From positions 114,895 through 178,894 of the IMG/VR virus record IMGVR_UViG_2706796139_000001: a stretch of DNA of 64,000 bases, one strand, 5' to 3'. This DNA comes from Pseudotevenvirus miller. Lineage: Duplodnaviria; Heunggongvirae; Uroviricota; Caudoviricetes; Straboviridae. The notes beneath the pieces were generated by a model. The model did no database searches. It saw only the letters and a program-made list of their open reading frames with translations, and was not told the DNA's origin. This document shows, one piece after another, positions 48,209-58,606 of this stretch. The first letter of the stretch is position 1, and each line of letters starts with the position of its first letter. The position numbers were made by a program, and so were the translations under genes.

Positions 48209-48943
48209 ATGGAATTGTTCGCCGGAAAAACTTACACGTTAACCGTACCCCCAGCAGTGTTTGCTGAAAAGACCTGGAAAACTGCACTTGCTGCACTGAT
48301 TGAAGAGAAAGGAAGTATCAAGATCGACCGTACTTCAATTGGTGAGTTCGAAGACCGCGCATTTGTAATTGATGGTGAATACGAATACGAAATTCCTTCA
48401 TCGCACTGGAAATACTTCAAGGAAGTTTCCGAAGATGAAACGGTCGAAGAAGTAGAACCTTTACCGGAAGTTCAATCCGATACGCGAGAAATGGACGGTC
48501 GTATTGCTCGTGGTATTATTGCTCAGAACATAGAAAAACTGGACATTCCTACTTTTACGTTTCAAGATTCGGACGGTGTTAAAACGATGCCACTCGCACC
48601 GTATAGCCCGATTAAAAATCTGGACATCCAAACCAGTTTCGGAAAAGAACTGGAAGAGATCCGCATAGTTCCCGATCCTTGCAACAAATCCGGTTTACAT
48701 TTGCGTTTCGCGTTGCAACATCTTTTCAACGGTGGTAGCATTTATCAAATCGACATGGAAAGCTCGCTAAAAACTCAGGAAGAAGAGATCGAAAAACTTT
48801 TCAATCTTCATACCCGATTAGACGCAGTTAACCACATCGAAAAACTGATAGGCAAAGAGAAAGCGCGAATCGTGCAAGAACTCGCACCATACGGAAAGAA
48901 CGATGAAAGTAGAAATTTACGGAATTCCCGAAAACGTTCATAA
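48209..48943 (+). CDS. Hypothetical protein
   Basis: ATG 48209 with RBS GAGG; N-terminal domain ends YFKEV like its neighbour. Confidence 0.72.
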   Translation: MELFAGKTYTLTVPPAVFAEKTWKTALAALIEEKGSIKIDRTSIGEFEDRAFVIDGEYEYEIPSSHWKYFKEVSEDETVEEVEPLPEVQSDTREMDGRIARGIIAQNIEKLDIPTFTFQDSDGVKTMPLAPYSPIKNLDIQTSFGKELEEIRIVPDPCNKSGLHLRFALQHLFNGGSIYQIDMESSLKTQEEEIEKLFNLHTRLDAVNHIEKLIGKEKARIVQELAPYGKNDESRNLRNSRKRS

Positions 48944-49181
48944 GTGTTATGGATGTATCGAGGCACAAAAGCTACTTAACGAAAAAGGGATAGAATATCA
49001 TTTTTATCCCGTTCTGAAAGAAGCAAAAAATGATTTAGGCTTTGAATACGATCGACCACGTATCGAAGAGTTAGCAAAACGGGCACGACAACGCAGTTTG
49101 GCGTTCCAGTATCCGAGAATTTTTGTCGATAATGTTCTTATCGGCGGTTATATGCAACTGAAACAACTTATTGGTGACTAA
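48903..49181 (+). CDS. nrdH: Glutaredoxin NrdH-like
   Basis: MKVEIYGIPE...CYGC, EYDRP.I..LAKRA, YP.IF. Confidence 0.88.
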   Translation: MKVEIYGIPENVHKCYGCIEAQKLLNEKGIEYHFYPVLKEAKNDLGFEYDRPRIEELAKRARQRSLAFQYPRIFVDNVLIGGYMQLKQLIGD

Positions 49182-49493
49182 ATGAGCCGTGAAATTTTAC
49201 TCCCTGCTGCAAACGCTATCCACGCTGAAACAATGGAATACATGGAAAAGTTCGTCGAGAATGACAACACGGACATTATCACGCCAATCCATTTGGACGC
49301 ACTGGAAAACAAACTGCATAAGAAAATTAAAGATCAGTTCCCAGAAAAAGTTAGTCGCAATTTTGTTCGTCAGGAAATTGTAGCAATGATCCTCAAACAC
49401 TACGGGATCGAAATGTTCGGTGTTAAACCGATTGCATCAAAAAGCAATGAAATTTCTGAAAAGACGATTAAGAAATACGCTAAGAAGAAATGA
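49182..49493 (+). CDS. 55.2: gp55.2-like protein (T4 homologue inhibits host topoisomerase I)
   Basis: DIITP..LD..E..LH, SRN.VR, FGV, EISEKTI match T4 gp55.2 pattern. Confidence 0.78.
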   Translation: MSREILLPAANAIHAETMEYMEKFVENDNTDIITPIHLDALENKLHKKIKDQFPEKVSRNFVRQEIVAMILKHYGIEMFGVKPIASKSNEISEKTIKKYAKKK

Positions 49494-50917
49494 TTTTTAA
49501 AACGATTGAATGTGTTCCGTCAAGTGGTAAGACAAAGGCGATTCTGAACCATATCAATCAAACGGGCGAAAAAGCAATCATAGCGTCGATTTCCATGATG
49601 TTATCAAAACAGTCTTATGACTATTACATCAATGAAGTTAAAGGGAAACGCGCTGTGATTGTGGACACGGATCACCGAACAAAACGAACCAACAACGATG
49701 CGCTGAAAGAAGTCATAAAAGATTTTGATGTGATTTTTATCACCCATGCAGCGCTAAAAAACATCGATGACTTTGATTTGTATAAGGATTATTCCTTGTA
49801 TATTGATGAAGTTCCCGATCTGGTATCGTTCGAAAGTCTGCGATTTAATAGCAATATCAAGCACATACGCGAGATTTGCTTGCCGTTTAGTTGCAATGCC
49901 GATGATATCGTTGATTTAAAACTTGACGAAGAAAAACGAGAACTGGTTACACGATTGGCCTACGATGGATTACGCAAACGTGATGATATAGCCGTTAAGA
50001 TGTTTCCACTATACCGCGCTCTGTTGGGCGAAATTCCGGTAAAGATGCAATGCAGCGATTCGGGCTATGTTTGCTACTTCGTAGAAGACCATGATGTTAG
50101 TCAGTGGAAGTTTAAAAATGTGACCATTGCTTCATCCAATATCAGAGATACGATTACAGGCAAGATCCTGAACAAGTTTCATGATGTGGAATTCGAAGAA
50201 TCACCATTACAAAAGCTGGTTGACTTCAAGCAATACAAAAACACAGGGCGCATACATATACATGTGCTCGCAGAGGGGGATTATTCGCGTTATACGGGCG
50301 ATCTTTCTCAATCTGGGACGACAGTATACACTCAGATTAAAAAACGCGTAGAGGCGCTTCTGGGAGGCGAACAGTTCATATACTGTACCAATACGTACCG
50401 ATCGAAATTTAGCGACGGGCAGGAAATCCCGTATAACTCGCATGGTTTGAACTTCTATTCAAGCTATACAAACGTAGTTGCTTTGTTCAGTTACAACCCG
50501 TTACCCTGGCTGCGTCAAATGCTCCGAGCGGTTGCGGTTTCCTCCGGTTTAGAAGAGGAAGAATTAGTTGATGCGTATGTTGTCAGTAAATATTATGAAC
50601 CAGCTTTCCAGTTATGCGCACGTTCTGATATTCGACACAATAACAGCAAACGTAAAATTAATTTGTTTGTTCCTGATATGCGGTTAGCGAAATACATGAA
50701 GGAGAATTATTTTCCTGATGCTGTAATCGAAACCTCAGAAGCAGTACAAACGAAAAGGCAGCGCAAATCATTTCAGTCTCTTTTCCAGATGACAGCACAA
50801 GAAATTAATGCTTTCAACTGGTATAAAAAGAAACACAAATTAGATTTCGCTAATCCTCTTCACCACGCGATTGTAAAAGACTGGCTTAACAATTACCGTG
50901 AGAAAAAGGCGACTTGA
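49490..50917 (+). CDS. SF2 (DEAD-like) helicase-domain protein
   Basis: Walker A PSSGKT, Walker B LYIDEVP, motif VI-like FQLCARSDIR. Confidence 0.7.
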   Translation: MIFKTIECVPSSGKTKAILNHINQTGEKAIIASISMMLSKQSYDYYINEVKGKRAVIVDTDHRTKRTNNDALKEVIKDFDVIFITHAALKNIDDFDLYKDYSLYIDEVPDLVSFESLRFNSNIKHIREICLPFSCNADDIVDLKLDEEKRELVTRLAYDGLRKRDDIAVKMFPLYRALLGEIPVKMQCSDSGYVCYFVEDHDVSQWKFKNVTIASSNIRDTITGKILNKFHDVEFEESPLQKLVDFKQYKNTGRIHIHVLAEGDYSRYTGDLSQSGTTVYTQIKKRVEALLGGEQFIYCTNTYRSKFSDGQEIPYNSHGLNFYSSYTNVVALFSYNPLPWLRQMLRAVAVSSGLEEEELVDAYVVSKYYEPAFQLCARSDIRHNNSKRKINLFVPDMRLAKYMKENYFPDAVIETSEAVQTKRQRKSFQSLFQMTAQEINAFNWYKKKHKLDFANPLHHAIVKDWLNNYREKKAT

Positions 50918-50942
50918 TGGTCGCCTTTTTTGTTTATAAATA
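50903..50942 (+). terminator. Terminator followed by late promoter for gp34
   Basis: AAAAAGGCGAC..GTCGCCTTTTTT then TATAAATA 50935-50942. Confidence 0.85.
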
Positions 50943-50972
50943 TCAGTATTGAATAGATAAAGGAAAACGATA

Positions 50973-53900
50973 ATGGTAGCTAAATCATTCCGCGCCACAA
51001 GTGGCCTTGATGCTGCTGGCGAAAAGGTTATCAACGTTGGTAAAGCATCCCGCTCTGTGTTGAGCGACGGCGTGAACGTTGACTTTTTTAACGAATTTAA
51101 CACCGTACAACAGTACGATCCTGCTCGCGGTTATTCTGCGTTTATGGCTATCATATATGCGCGTCGTATTTGGTATGCTCGTGCGGATATTGCATCACCA
51201 GCAGGGGCTTTTGATGAAACAAAATGGATTTCAACCCGTAACGATCCGAAATGGGTTTATAACAACGTAACAAGCGTTGATGGTCTTCCCGTTGAATCCG
51301 GTACATACTTAATGGCTGATGGTCGTTTCTCTGAACTGACTTATATTCTGCCAGATGCACCAGTAGAAGGGGATATTATCACGATTAAAGATGGTGGCGG
51401 GATGGTTGGTATCAACAGTATGTTGGTACGTTCTAACACTCGTCAGATCCGTCTGCGTGATGTTCAATCCAGTTCTTACCGACTGACTCACCCATATATG
51501 ACCGTTGCGTTTATTTTTAACGGTAACTTATGGCGCGTTGCTGAAATGCGAGACAATCGAGATTCACAGTTTGTGAACGCAACTGGTGCGGGATCTTTCC
51601 AGATGCAATCCGGTATGACTACATTCCGTAATAGCGGTACTGGTAAAATCACTCTTCAATTGCCGAAGTATGCAAACGATGGTGACTCCATCACAACTTA
51701 CGACCTTGATAAACTGAGTTCGGTAAACGTTGCAACATTACAGGTATATCCTGGTAGCGGTCATACGATCACTTATGATAGCATTAACGGCGTAACCTCT
51801 GTTGCTTCACAGCGTTCCGGTTATGGTGTATTCATCTTTGACCAGACTAACAACCGCTGGGTTGTTTATGATGGTGATAACCGCGTTCGTCTGCGTCGTA
51901 TCAGTGATGACCTGAACATGCTCCCGAACGATTATGTTTTCGTTACTCCGATTGCTGGGAACCCTCCAACTATCCGTAACGTAACATTAACCCTCCCGCA
52001 AGATGTTGCAGAAGGGGATCGCGTGTACATCAGTATGTACATGATGGGTAAAACACAGAACTGTACGATCAAAGTTAAAGATGGTTCCGGTGAAACAATC
52101 CGCACCAACAAAAACATGATGCAGTTCCCACAGCGTAAAGACTATCCACCTGATGATTGGTTTAGCGTGACTACGCTTTCGTTTAACGCAGATACTGACT
52201 ATCTTCCGTATATGGAGTTGTCTTACCTGAAAGCAACGAAAGAATGGGTTGTTGCACAGTATCGACCACTGGTTGAACGTGTTGATCCAACTAACCGTTC
52301 TCGTTTGGGTGTTATTGCGCTCGCTACTCAGGCAGAAGTAAACAAAAACCTGGAAGATTTGCCGTCTGATGAACTGGCAGTAACCCCGCGTACACTGGCG
52401 AATAAAACCGCTACTGAAACGCGCCGTGGTATCGCTCGCCTGGCGACGACAGCAGAAGTAAACCAGAACACTACGGCTACTTTTTTGGATGATATAATCG
52501 TAACGCCTAAAAAGCTGAACGAACGTACAGCAACAGAAGATCGTCGCGGTATACTGGAAATTGCTACTCAGGCAGAAACTAACGCTGGCACGGATGACAC
52601 TACCGCAATCACGCCTAAAAAGCTCGATACGCGTCGTGCAACCGAAACCCTAGCAGGTATCGGAAAACTCGTCACCACTGGTGCTACGACTGCTGAGGGG
52701 GCTTTACGTGGGGATGCTGGTACTAACGTCTACAACTTCAATAACGGTGTTGATCTGATCACTCCGAAATCGTTGAACGAGAAGACAGCAACCGAGAAAT
52801 CGAAAGGTTTGGTTGTGCTGGCGACGGAAAACGAAGTTATTACGGGCGCTGCTGCTGGATCTGCTTCAATGCCGATCGTAGTTACTCCTGAAATGTTACA
52901 TCGTAAAACGTCTACTGAGGCGCGGATCGGTTTGATTGAGATCGCAACTCAGACAGAAACCAACACAGGAACCGATGATACTCGTGCGGTAACTCCTAAA
53001 AAGCTGAACGATCGTAAAGCGACAGAAACGCTTGATGGTATTATTGCACTGGCAACCACTGCGGAAGTTGCAGCGGGTACGGTAACGAATAAAGCGGTTG
53101 TTCCGGTTAAGTTGAAAGAGTTTTTCGACGTTGCTGGTCATATTGCTGTTGCAACTGCTGATGGTTTGACTCAATCCGGTACTATCTGGACTACGGTTAA
53201 CCTGGGGATCGCGGCTGCTACTGAAACTCAACGTGGTACTTTGCGCGTTGCTACTCAGGCAGAAACAAACGCGGGTACTCTTGATACTGTTATCATCACT
53301 GCGAAGAAATTGCAAGCTAAAAAAGCTACCGACACAGCAGAAGGTATTATTCGCTGTGCAACGAATAGCGAAGCGGCTGCGGGTACTTCTACAAACCTGG
53401 CAATTACTCCGGCAACAATGCAGTATCTGAACGGTAACGATCCGGCGTGGGGTGCAACAACTACTCGTCGCGGTGCTGTATTCATTACCACTAAATCGAA
53501 TACGTTCATTGGTGATAATCTGGTTGGTTCTACTCAACCTGTAGACAGTTACCTTGAAGATTTCTATGCTGTATCGCCTCGCGGTCTTAACTTTGCCCTG
53601 CAAAACTTCTTACCGAAAATGGCAACAGCACAGAACAGCTTGAGTTTGGGTGGTGTGGTTGCTGCAAGCTGGATGCGTCGTGATGCTGATCAAACCGTAA
53701 CGGGGAACAACACGTATAACGGCACAAGCACTTTCGTGGGTAACGTAGTTACTAACGGGACGCTGACGGCAAATGCTGCTGTAACCGTTAACGCAACAGT
53801 GACAACGAACAACAACATTAACCAATCTGCGAAAGCAAATACGGTTTATGCGAATACTGTTCTGGGTACTGCTGCGGCTGGAACCAAAAACCTGCTTCGT

Positions 53901-54632
53901 ACTTTCCGTGGTGGTACAACGGATACTACATGGCATGAAACGGTTCAGGGTTCAGTGTATCGCATGGCAACGGGTGCAACTGATTTGGTTGATGTTCTGA
54001 CGGTCGGTGATGTTGGTAATGGTGTGCTGGCTTATTACGGTAATACATTGCGCCTGAACAGCAAAGCCCTGGCAAACATTAACGCAAACGGTGATGTTAC
54101 TATTGCGAGTGATGCAAGCCCTACGGTACAATTACGGACTGCTGCAACTAATGGCTGGAACGGTGTTACCATCAGTAACGACAACGGGACAACCACAGCA
54201 ACGGTGATCAACACCAGAAACTTTACCCAGCACCTTGACAGTACGTATGTCAACGTAACGGGTGATACCATGACGGGGGCGCTGTCTGTCAACGTTAGTG
54301 GTACTGGTGGACGCTTTACCAGTGTAAGCGGTACAGCACATATTCAGGCGGGTGATTTCTCTGGCCCGATCCAGAAAATGCGCTTAACGGGTATTAATGA
54401 TCAGGTATTGACTGAGTTTAACATCAATATCACCGATTACACCAAAGCGATGATCAACGGGAACCTGATTTACCATGCAGGTCGCAAACCTACTCCGGCA
54501 GAAATCGGGGCTGTTGCGGTTGCTGGTTCGACAGTAGACACGCTGGTAGTTCGCAACTACATCAAGATCGGAAACGTAAAAATCTACGCAAACCCAGTCA
54601 CTAAGACTTGTGAGTTTGAGTGGGAGGAATAA
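50973..54632 (+). CDS. 34: Long tail fibre proximal subunit gp34
   Basis: SFRATSGLDAAGEKVINV; multiple ATQAE/KAVTP repeats; C-terminal YIKIGNVKI.A.P. Confidence 0.95.
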   Translation: MVAKSFRATSGLDAAGEKVINVGKASRSVLSDGVNVDFFNEFNTVQQYDPARGYSAFMAIIYARRIWYARADIASPAGAFDETKWISTRNDPKWVYNNVTSVDGLPVESGTYLMADGRFSELTYILPDAPVEGDIITIKDGGGMVGINSMLVRSNTRQIRLRDVQSSSYRLTHPYMTVAFIFNGNLWRVAEMRDNRDSQFVNATGAGSFQMQSGMTTFRNSGTGKITLQLPKYANDGDSITTYDLDKLSSVNVATLQVYPGSGHTITYDSINGVTSVASQRSGYGVFIFDQTNNRWVVYDGDNRVRLRRISDDLNMLPNDYVFVTPIAGNPPTIRNVTLTLPQDVAEGDRVYISMYMMGKTQNCTIKVKDGSGETIRTNKNMMQFPQRKDYPPDDWFSVTTLSFNADTDYLPYMELSYLKATKEWVVAQYRPLVERVDPTNRSRLGVIALATQAEVNKNLEDLPSDELAVTPRTLANKTATETRRGIARLATTAEVNQNTTATFLDDIIVTPKKLNERTATEDRRGILEIATQAETNAGTDDTTAITPKKLDTRRATETLAGIGKLVTTGATTAEGALRGDAGTNVYNFNNGVDLITPKSLNEKTATEKSKGLVVLATENEVITGAAAGSASMPIVVTPEMLHRKTSTEARIGLIEIATQTETNTGTDDTRAVTPKKLNDRKATETLDGIIALATTAEVAAGTVTNKAVVPVKLKEFFDVAGHIAVATADGLTQSGTIWTTVNLGIAAATETQRGTLRVATQAETNAGTLDTVIITAKKLQAKKATDTAEGIIRCATNSEAAAGTSTNLAITPATMQYLNGNDPAWGATTTRRGAVFITTKSNTFIGDNLVGSTQPVDSYLEDFYAVSPRGLNFALQNFLPKMATAQNSLSLGGVVAASWMRRDADQTVTGNNTYNGTSTFVGNVVTNGTLTANAAVTVNATVTTNNNINQSAKANTVYANTVLGTAAAGTKNLLRTFRGGTTDTTWHETVQGSVYRMATGATDLVDVLTVGDVGNGVLAYYGNTLRLNSKALANINANGDVTIASDASPTVQLRTAATNGWNGVTISNDNGTTTATVINTRNFTQHLDSTYVNVTGDTMTGALSVNVSGTGGRFTSVSGTAHIQAGDFSGPIQKMRLTGINDQVLTEFNINITDYTKAMINGNLIYHAGRKPTPAEIGAVAVAGSTVDTLVVRNYIKIGNVKIYANPVTKTCEFEWEE

Positions 54633-54638
54633 TATAAA

Positions 54639-56225
54639 ATGGCGAATAACGAATTCATGGCGTTATTCGGCCCTGATAGCTTTACGGCGAATGTGTTTTC
54701 AGAAGCAAACGCCGTAAAATATCGATTGGTTGTGCGTGGGGCTAATTTAAGCTCCACACTCAACGCAATTGAGGTTTCTATCAATGGGGCTGATATTATA
54801 AACAGAAACACACAACGAGATCGCGGAATTAACCTGGCGATTATTGATGGAACAACGTTAGCATTACTGGATTATAAGACATTTGATATGTATGGTGATC
54901 CTACTACGAACGGGAACGCGCTTAGGGACTATTTGGGTTCTCTTCCAGCGAATCGCATTGTGTGTTTTTATAGTTACGACGCAATAGGAAGTAACGCCAA
55001 CTTTACCGCAATTATGCGTAAAATTGGTTCTGTTGCATGGCCGGAAGAACGTTTTTTCTCAAACGATGATCGTCGTCGTTCGTCGTATTCTGCCATATAT
55101 TCATCAACCATGAAGAAAATCTGTATGGAAAACTTCGTGGGTGGATCTGGCAGTATATCACAGGATGATACGAGAAGTTTTGTTGAAGTTGTGTTTGACG
55201 AATTCAGCGACATCGGCGTTACTGGTATTCCTGAACGTATGGTCGATGATGTACAAACGTATCAGAACAGCGGTTCATTATATGGATATCATGGGTATGG
55301 TTCATGGAATATAGGAACCGATGTTTTTCGTGGGGATATATTCAAAGTAACAGGCGATCTGTATTGTTCACAGGAACTTCGTGACGCTGGCGGGGATACG
55401 TATCTGTATATCTGGACAGAAACTGCTGGTGCGCAATGGGTAGCGTCTTCTCTGTTGCGTACAACAAACTTAACTCCTGATACGTGGCATTCTTTGTCTA
55501 TATATTTCACGATCCCGCAAGGCACAGAAAATGTCAAGATGGGTTGTCAAGTATATCATTATCCGTCAACCGTAAACGTAGGTCTTTCTCAATGTCGAAA
55601 TGTACAAATCAGTAAAGTACCGCGTGAAGAAGTAAACAGAAACGGTGCTGCAATTGGTGTGAACGGTGTACGTATGCAGACGCTTTCCGAAGTTGACACA
55701 ACCGGAACTGAAAACCCGATTGAACAGTTACTTTCATTGCCTGTATCACCTGCTGGAACTCCGAGCAATAAAACGATTGTTTCGCATAACTTCGCAGAAC
55801 TTGATTATCTTGTTGCAGATCCAACGGAATATACATCAACCGATACAACCCAATATCTTGTTAAAGAATGGGCTAATAAACAATACGATTTATCGAAAGT
55901 GTCATTGAGTAGTGTTGGGGCTAAAACTGGTGATGTTATCCGTGTTGCTGGACAGCTTAAACGTGACGCAACCGCGATCGCGAACAATAAACGAGCATTC
56001 ATAATCATGCAGTTCCTTGATGCGAATAATCAGTATATTGGCGCACCACAACCAGTTATTATCCAGGATGTAAGCACAGTACCAAACGTGTATACATTCT
56101 ACAAAAGCGAAGGTGTCGTTCCTGATGGTGCTGTAAACTTTGATTTCGGTTTTTATCGTTATCCCAGCAACACAAACACAGGTTCGGTTTCAGTTAAAGA
56201 CGTTAAATTGTCTATCGTTCGTTAA
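54639..56225 (+). CDS. 35: Long tail fibre hinge gp35 (extended, two carbohydrate-binding-like repeats)
   Basis: FMALFG...F.ANVFSE.NAV.Y; between gp34 and the gp36-like gene; 528 aa. Confidence 0.85.
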   Translation: MANNEFMALFGPDSFTANVFSEANAVKYRLVVRGANLSSTLNAIEVSINGADIINRNTQRDRGINLAIIDGTTLALLDYKTFDMYGDPTTNGNALRDYLGSLPANRIVCFYSYDAIGSNANFTAIMRKIGSVAWPEERFFSNDDRRRSSYSAIYSSTMKKICMENFVGGSGSISQDDTRSFVEVVFDEFSDIGVTGIPERMVDDVQTYQNSGSLYGYHGYGSWNIGTDVFRGDIFKVTGDLYCSQELRDAGGDTYLYIWTETAGAQWVASSLLRTTNLTPDTWHSLSIYFTIPQGTENVKMGCQVYHYPSTVNVGLSQCRNVQISKVPREEVNRNGAAIGVNGVRMQTLSEVDTTGTENPIEQLLSLPVSPAGTPSNKTIVSHNFAELDYLVADPTEYTSTDTTQYLVKEWANKQYDLSKVSLSSVGAKTGDVIRVAGQLKRDATAIANNKRAFIIMQFLDANNQYIGAPQPVIIQDVSTVPNVYTFYKSEGVVPDGAVNFDFGFYRYPSNTNTGSVSVKDVKLSIVR

Positions 56226-56253
56226 AGGGGCTTATGCCCCTTTTTCATAAATA
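56224..56253 (+). terminator. Terminator plus late promoter cassette
   Basis: AAAGGGGC-TTAT-GCCCCTTTTT then CATAAATA. Confidence 0.8.
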
Positions 56254-56274
56254 CAGTCATTATAGGAGAATTTT

Positions 56275-58545
56275 ATGGCTGATTTGAAATTAGGTACAAC
56301 GCTTGGTGGTGCTGCTATCTGGAGTGCGTCAAACCTTCCGTTATTGCCGCTAGGTGGACAAATAACGTATAAAGGCTGGCGTATCTATACAGAAAATGAT
56401 CGCCCCACAGCAGAGGATATAGGGGCATTATCACTGGCTAACGGTGGTACGGTTAATAATGACGCGACATTCGCAAAAAATATAACCGTTGGTATTAACG
56501 CTGTTGCTGGTGCGTTGTTTTCCAGATCGTATATTGATATTACTCGCGCCGGAAACGATCCGAATATTGTTTTTCGTCGCTCAGATGTTACTAATACACC
56601 AACAACAGAACAAGCCCTTTTAGTAATTAATGCTATGAATGGGGTTAATGTTACTGCTGGTACATTTAACGTTCATGCTCGACCTGATGGTGGTAATAAG
56701 GTTTATATTACTGCATACAAATCGGGTTCGCAAAATACCGCATTGACTCTTGATTCACAGGCACAACAAGTTACTGTTGAACAGGGAACTTTCCGAGTTC
56801 TGGGAAATACTGTTCTTGCTGGTACTACCGCAACAACATTAAACGTCACAGGGGCATTAACTGCACAGACGGTAACTCCTGCAAACTGGACAAATCATGA
56901 TGTTCGTTATATGACGGGTATCCCGACCAATATGCAGGGGAACACGCTAAGTGCTGCGGTTGTCACTGAAAAGAATGATGTTCTGTCAGTAAACGGAAAC
57001 ATTGTTGATGGGCCTTACGGGAATAATACGTATAATGGTCAGGTTGTCAACTTCCGGCGCACGTTGAATACGGGTAATGCTCTTACTCAGATTTATCTGG
57101 ATAATGGTGTATTCCATATTCGTAGCGGTTCTGGATCTCCCGGTGCGTGGTCGTGGGTTGGTGGTAATGCTAACGGCTGGCGTAAGATTTATGACGAAAA
57201 CAACAAACCGACTCCGGTAGAGATCGGTGCATTGAAAAACACAACCGATACTCTGAACGGTGAACTGGGATTAATTGGTGATTTATCTTTAAAATCACCA
57301 ACAAACCGTCATATTAAATTTGTATATACTAAAAATGACGGAAGTCAAACAGTTGATGGTTATATCTATAAAGATGGGCCTGATGCAGCTAACCGAAGAT
57401 CTGGTATCCGTATTAACTGTTACACGCCAAATAAAGCTACGGGAAATGGTGAATTTTCAGGGGAGTTTATTTTCAATGAAAATGGTTCGTTTATTCTTCC
57501 TTCTGGTGGTACGATATATCAGGAAGGGATGACTCCAGGACTTTATGCAAATAGTATTTTAAGTTCTGCTACAAGTGGTGCTAAACAGTATCTACGTAAA
57601 TTCCGTGGCGGTGGACCTGATACCATTTGGCATGAAACTGTTCATACCAACATATATAGGTTAGCGACAGGTGTCAATGATGATGTAGAAGTCATGGTTC
57701 TTGATGATAGCGGGAATATGTCCATAAAAGGACATGCTGGAGAATCGACTAACTTATATCTCGATAGTAACATCAACTCTGTTGTTTGGTTCCGTAATTC
57801 TAATGGCACGGAAAAAGGTGCTGTCTGGGCAGAAAGTGACGGCAAACTGAAAATTCGTACTAACCATACGTTCTCGAATACATGGGAATACTACGCTGGG
57901 ATGATACACTCGACAGGCGCTGTATCAGGGACTGACCGAGGTATTATTCGTGGTACTCCTGATGGCGGTGGTTGGGATCAATGGCGTGACCGTTCTGCTG
58001 CGGTATCTGTTGATGTTCCTGGAGTAAACAACTCCGCTTATAGCATATGGAAAGCAACTTCATGGAACAATACCTATGTTGCTGCTATGGATGTTCATAT
58101 GCCTAACTTCACACCAAGCGCAACTCGTGTTCGTCTTGTTCTGCAAAGTTCGGTTGCTTTCTACTTTGATGGTGATGGTAGTTTTACAACATCAACTGGT
58201 AACATCACAGCGGGTGCAAACGGATTCTTTAACGATGTGTATATTCGTTCGGATGAAAAACTGAAAAGTAATTTCAGCAAAATTGAAAACGCATTGGATA
58301 AAGTCGAACTGCTTGATGGTTTGGTTTATGATAAATCAAATCATATTGGTGGTGAACCTGTTACCCGTGAAGCTGGTTTGATTGCACAGCAACTGCAAAA
58401 TGTATTACCGGAAGCGGTATCTGTTGGTAAAGATACCAAAGAAAACGAAATATTGACGATTTCCCCGACTGCAACGATCGCACTACTGGTCAATGCAATC
58501 AAAGAACTTCGTGAAGAAGTAAGGGAACTCAAAGCCCGAAAATAA
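56275..58545 (+). CDS. Distal long tail fibre A: gp36-like N-terminus fused to gp37-like tip with S74 intramolecular chaperone
   Basis: MADLK.GTT.GG..IW...NLPL; FNDVYIRSDEKLKSN cleavage motif; REAGLIAQ. Confidence 0.88.
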   Translation: MADLKLGTTLGGAAIWSASNLPLLPLGGQITYKGWRIYTENDRPTAEDIGALSLANGGTVNNDATFAKNITVGINAVAGALFSRSYIDITRAGNDPNIVFRRSDVTNTPTTEQALLVINAMNGVNVTAGTFNVHARPDGGNKVYITAYKSGSQNTALTLDSQAQQVTVEQGTFRVLGNTVLAGTTATTLNVTGALTAQTVTPANWTNHDVRYMTGIPTNMQGNTLSAAVVTEKNDVLSVNGNIVDGPYGNNTYNGQVVNFRRTLNTGNALTQIYLDNGVFHIRSGSGSPGAWSWVGGNANGWRKIYDENNKPTPVEIGALKNTTDTLNGELGLIGDLSLKSPTNRHIKFVYTKNDGSQTVDGYIYKDGPDAANRRSGIRINCYTPNKATGNGEFSGEFIFNENGSFILPSGGTIYQEGMTPGLYANSILSSATSGAKQYLRKFRGGGPDTIWHETVHTNIYRLATGVNDDVEVMVLDDSGNMSIKGHAGESTNLYLDSNINSVVWFRNSNGTEKGAVWAESDGKLKIRTNHTFSNTWEYYAGMIHSTGAVSGTDRGIIRGTPDGGGWDQWRDRSAAVSVDVPGVNNSAYSIWKATSWNNTYVAAMDVHMPNFTPSATRVRLVLQSSVAFYFDGDGSFTTSTGNITAGANGFFNDVYIRSDEKLKSNFSKIENALDKVELLDGLVYDKSNHIGGEPVTREAGLIAQQLQNVLPEAVSVGKDTKENEILTISPTATIALLVNAIKELREEVRELKARK

Positions 58546-58546
58546 G

Positions 58547-58580
58547 AAAAGCCCTTCGGGGCTTTTTCTTTTTATAAATA
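58547..58580 (+). terminator. Terminator plus late promoter cassette
   Basis: AAAAGCCC-TTCG-GGGCTTTT then TATAAATA 58573-58580. Confidence 0.88.
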
Positions 58581-58606
58581 TCATAAAAGCATTTGAGGAT
58601 CTAATA

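Noticed and set aside
52320-53400. Recurring GCTACTCAGGCAGAA-like repeats resembling a CRISPR array
   Set aside because: In-frame ATQAE structural repeats of gp34; variable sequence and no cas genes
52896-53603. 235-aa antisense ORF in gp34
   Set aside because: Shadow of the repetitive Thr/Ala-rich coding sequence
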